A stretch of 64,000 nt of DNA from Candidatus Multivoradales bacterium (GTDB lineage Bacteria > Acidobacteriota > Thermoanaerobaculia > Multivoradales > Multivoraceae): contig CBDCWI010000002.1 in NCBI GenBank assembly GCA_965223325.1, positions 416,001-480,000 on the forward strand. Direction: 5' to 3'. Below the pieces are notes generated by a model that searched no databases, had not been told where the DNA came from, and was given only the letters and a program-made list of their open reading frames with translations. Shown one piece after another: positions 62,385 to 64,000 of the stretch; within the stretch, counting starts at the first letter, position 1; every line of letters begins with the position of its first letter. Made by a program: the position numbers and the translations under genes.

Positions 62385-62888
62385 TTACCTCCCCGCTCCG
62401 GCTGACGTTTCCGTGGCACTCGACGACCCGTCTGAAGCGAGCTCGGCCGAGCGGTGAATGGCTTTGCGAATGCGGGTGTAGGTGGCGCACCGGCAGAGGT
62501 TGCCAGCCATCGCCTGGTCGATGTCGGCGTCGCTGGGCTGGGGGTTCTTCGCCAACAGCGCCGAAGCCGACATGATCTGCCCGGCCTGGCAGTAGCCGCA
62601 CTGCGGTACATCGATCTCTTTCCACGCCAGCTGCACCGGGTGGGAACCGTCCGCTGAAAGACCCTCGACCGTCGTGATGTCGCGCCCGGCGACCCGTGAG
62701 ACCGGCAACTGGCAGGTCTTGCGGGCGGTGCCGTCGACGTGCACTGTGCATGCGCCGCATTGGGTCTTGCCGCAACCGAACTTCGTCCCTTTCATATCGA
62801 GCACATCTCGAAGAACCCACAGGAGAGGCATCTCTCCGGGGACATCAACGCTCATCGGCTTACCATTGAGCCGGAATTCAATCGCCAT
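62385..62888 (-). CDS. iorA: (2Fe-2S)-binding subunit IorA-like
   Basis: [34 protein letters not shown]; GGAG RBS before ATG 62888. Confidence 0.92.
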   Translation of the reverse strand: MAIEFRLNGKPMSVDVPGEMPLLWVLRDVLDMKGTKFGCGKTQCGACTVHVDGTARKTCQLPVSRVAGRDITTVEGLSADGSHPVQLAWKEIDVPQCGYCQAGQIMSASALLAKNPQPSDADIDQAMAGNLCRCATYTRIRKAIHRSAELASDGSSSATETSAGAGR

Positions 62889-63150
62889 AGGAGTTTCTCC
62901 TTCGCTGATCTTTGGACCGTCGGAACGGACCACTGGGTCGTGCTGGGCCGCTGCTCCGAGAGTTTTCTGGTGAAATCTGCGGTGTGGGTGCGGGCCGTCG
63001 ACCGCCAGACACCAGGCAGGCAAACGGCGTAGTCTCGTGGGCTACTTCCCAGCCTACCAGCTGACGACTATGGCGGCCTTTCGAGCACCTGCCGCCCGCG
63101 GCCACCGTCCGCTGGTCGCCACTCGGCAAAGCTCATGGAGAAAAGGTGTT

Positions 63151-63843
63151 TTGAAGCCCCCATCGACCGATCCGACCGCAGTGCGCCCCGGAATTCGCTA
63201 CGAGCTCGAGGGCTGGGAACTGTTCGGGGCAGCGCTGGTGCGCGCCGATGACTCGGCCACCGCAGCAGCAGCCGACCGAATCGCCGCTCTGCGCGCCGAG
63301 GTCACGGCCACTGTCCAACGTGACTTCGTGCTCGATCAACTCGCCAGCCACCCGACCGTCAAGGCGCTGCGCGAGCTGTTCAAGGCAGCCGGAACCAACC
63401 CCAGCCGCTACCGACCGTCATCCGAAGCGCTGGTTCGTCGCCTTCTCAAGGGCTCGGAAATGCCGGCGATCGACGCCCTCGTCGACCTCAACAACTGCCT
63501 CTCGGCGAGTCTCGCGGTGCCGTGCTGCGTGATGGCCGAAGGCACCTTCGAGCCCCCCTTCGTGTTGCGCTCCGGCCGTGACGGGGAAAGCTACGAGTCA
63601 CTGCGCGGGCCGTTTCGCCTCGCCGGACGGCCGCTTCTGGTCGACACTCTCGGGCCCTGTGACGCTCCCATCACTGGCAGCACGCGGGTCAAGGTCACGG
63701 CAGATTCCCAACGCGCCTGGCTGATTGCCTATCTGCCCCACGGCCTGGTCTCCCGCCAGCAGGCTGCCGAGGTTCTCGAGCACCTGATCGAGCGCGCCCC
63801 GGTTGCTGCCTGTCGATTGATCGATTTCGAGGATGAATCGTGA
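63151..63843 (+). CDS. Stand-alone B3/B4 (PheT-like editing) domain protein
   Basis: GTNPSRYRPSSEALVRR, IDALVDLNNCLS; start uncertain (TTG 63151). Confidence 0.8.
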   Translation: MKPPSTDPTAVRPGIRYELEGWELFGAALVRADDSATAAAADRIAALRAEVTATVQRDFVLDQLASHPTVKALRELFKAAGTNPSRYRPSSEALVRRLLKGSEMPAIDALVDLNNCLSASLAVPCCVMAEGTFEPPFVLRSGRDGESYESLRGPFRLAGRPLLVDTLGPCDAPITGSTRVKVTADSQRAWLIAYLPHGLVSRQQAAEVLEHLIERAPVAACRLIDFEDES

Positions 63844-64000
63844 GAAGAGAGGCCAAGCACGACAGCCTCCGAATCCGTGCGGATGTTCGCTCGCAGAGCG
63901 CGGTGCCTCTGGTCCCGGCTCATCTGGTCTCGTTGCATCTGGCCTCAGTGTTCTTGGCCCTTCTGCTTCTCGCCTCGGTCCCCGCCGCGTGCCAACCCCA
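63840..64000 (+). CDS. 5' end of a putative exported/lipoprotein gene (3'-partial)
   Basis: GTG overlapping upstream stop (GTGA), open to window end, encodes hydrophobic LASVFLALLLLASVPAAC. Confidence 0.4.
   Translation, partial: MRREAKHDSLRIRADVRSQSAVPLVPAHLVSLHLASVFLALLLLASVPAACQP

Noticed and set aside
62889-63150. Possible Moco or other riboswitch upstream of iorA / B3-4 gene
   Set aside because: No recognisable aptamer consensus by eye; an Rfam scan would be needed

Overview
High-GC bacterial chromosomal window, gene-dense, with about 46 credible CDSs. I found no rRNA, tRNA, CRISPR array, transposase or phage gene. The gene content (many BamB/PQQ-like beta-propellers, secreted proteins with an 'F.DGFESG' tail) suggests Acidobacteriota, possibly Thermoanaerobaculia; this is inference. 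Left: partial S9 peptidase, a molybdopterin oxidoreductase with a fused 4Fe-4S/NrfD partner, and sixA. 5.6-31.2 kb: a mostly minus-strand, partly translationally coupled cluster with a membrane protein, four PQQ-like propellers, Fe-alcohol dehydrogenase, HemN-like radical SAM, halogenase-like flavoenzyme, DUF3311 plus Na+/solute symporter, CxxC-bearing GT4, thioesterase and a MacB/LolCDE-type ABC exporter. It is interrupted by hns, an SLC12-type transporter and two secreted proteins. Middle: dynamin-like GTPase, L-type lectin, DUF4230, PaaK-like ligase, hydrolase, a structured 200-bp-period repeat element, TRAP-TAXI transporter and two tandem matrixin proteases with Cys-rich repeats. Right: M16 peptidase, CinA-like, enoyl-CoA hydratase, nfuA preceded by a 9x11-bp repeat, VOC, delta-60 repeat protein, SUI1, NUDIX, corA, iorAB and a B3/4 protein. 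Best candidates for an undescribed system: (1) the radical SAM/halogenase/propeller/exporter cluster, which has no scaffold synthase; (2) a shared C-terminal LFxx[GD]FEx6W tag on four secreted proteins of three different folds, a putative sorting or anchoring signal; (3) the REP/MITE-like structured repeat at 37.2-37.8 kb, which sits in a zone of strong strand asymmetry. All family calls are from motif recognition by eye; no database search was run.
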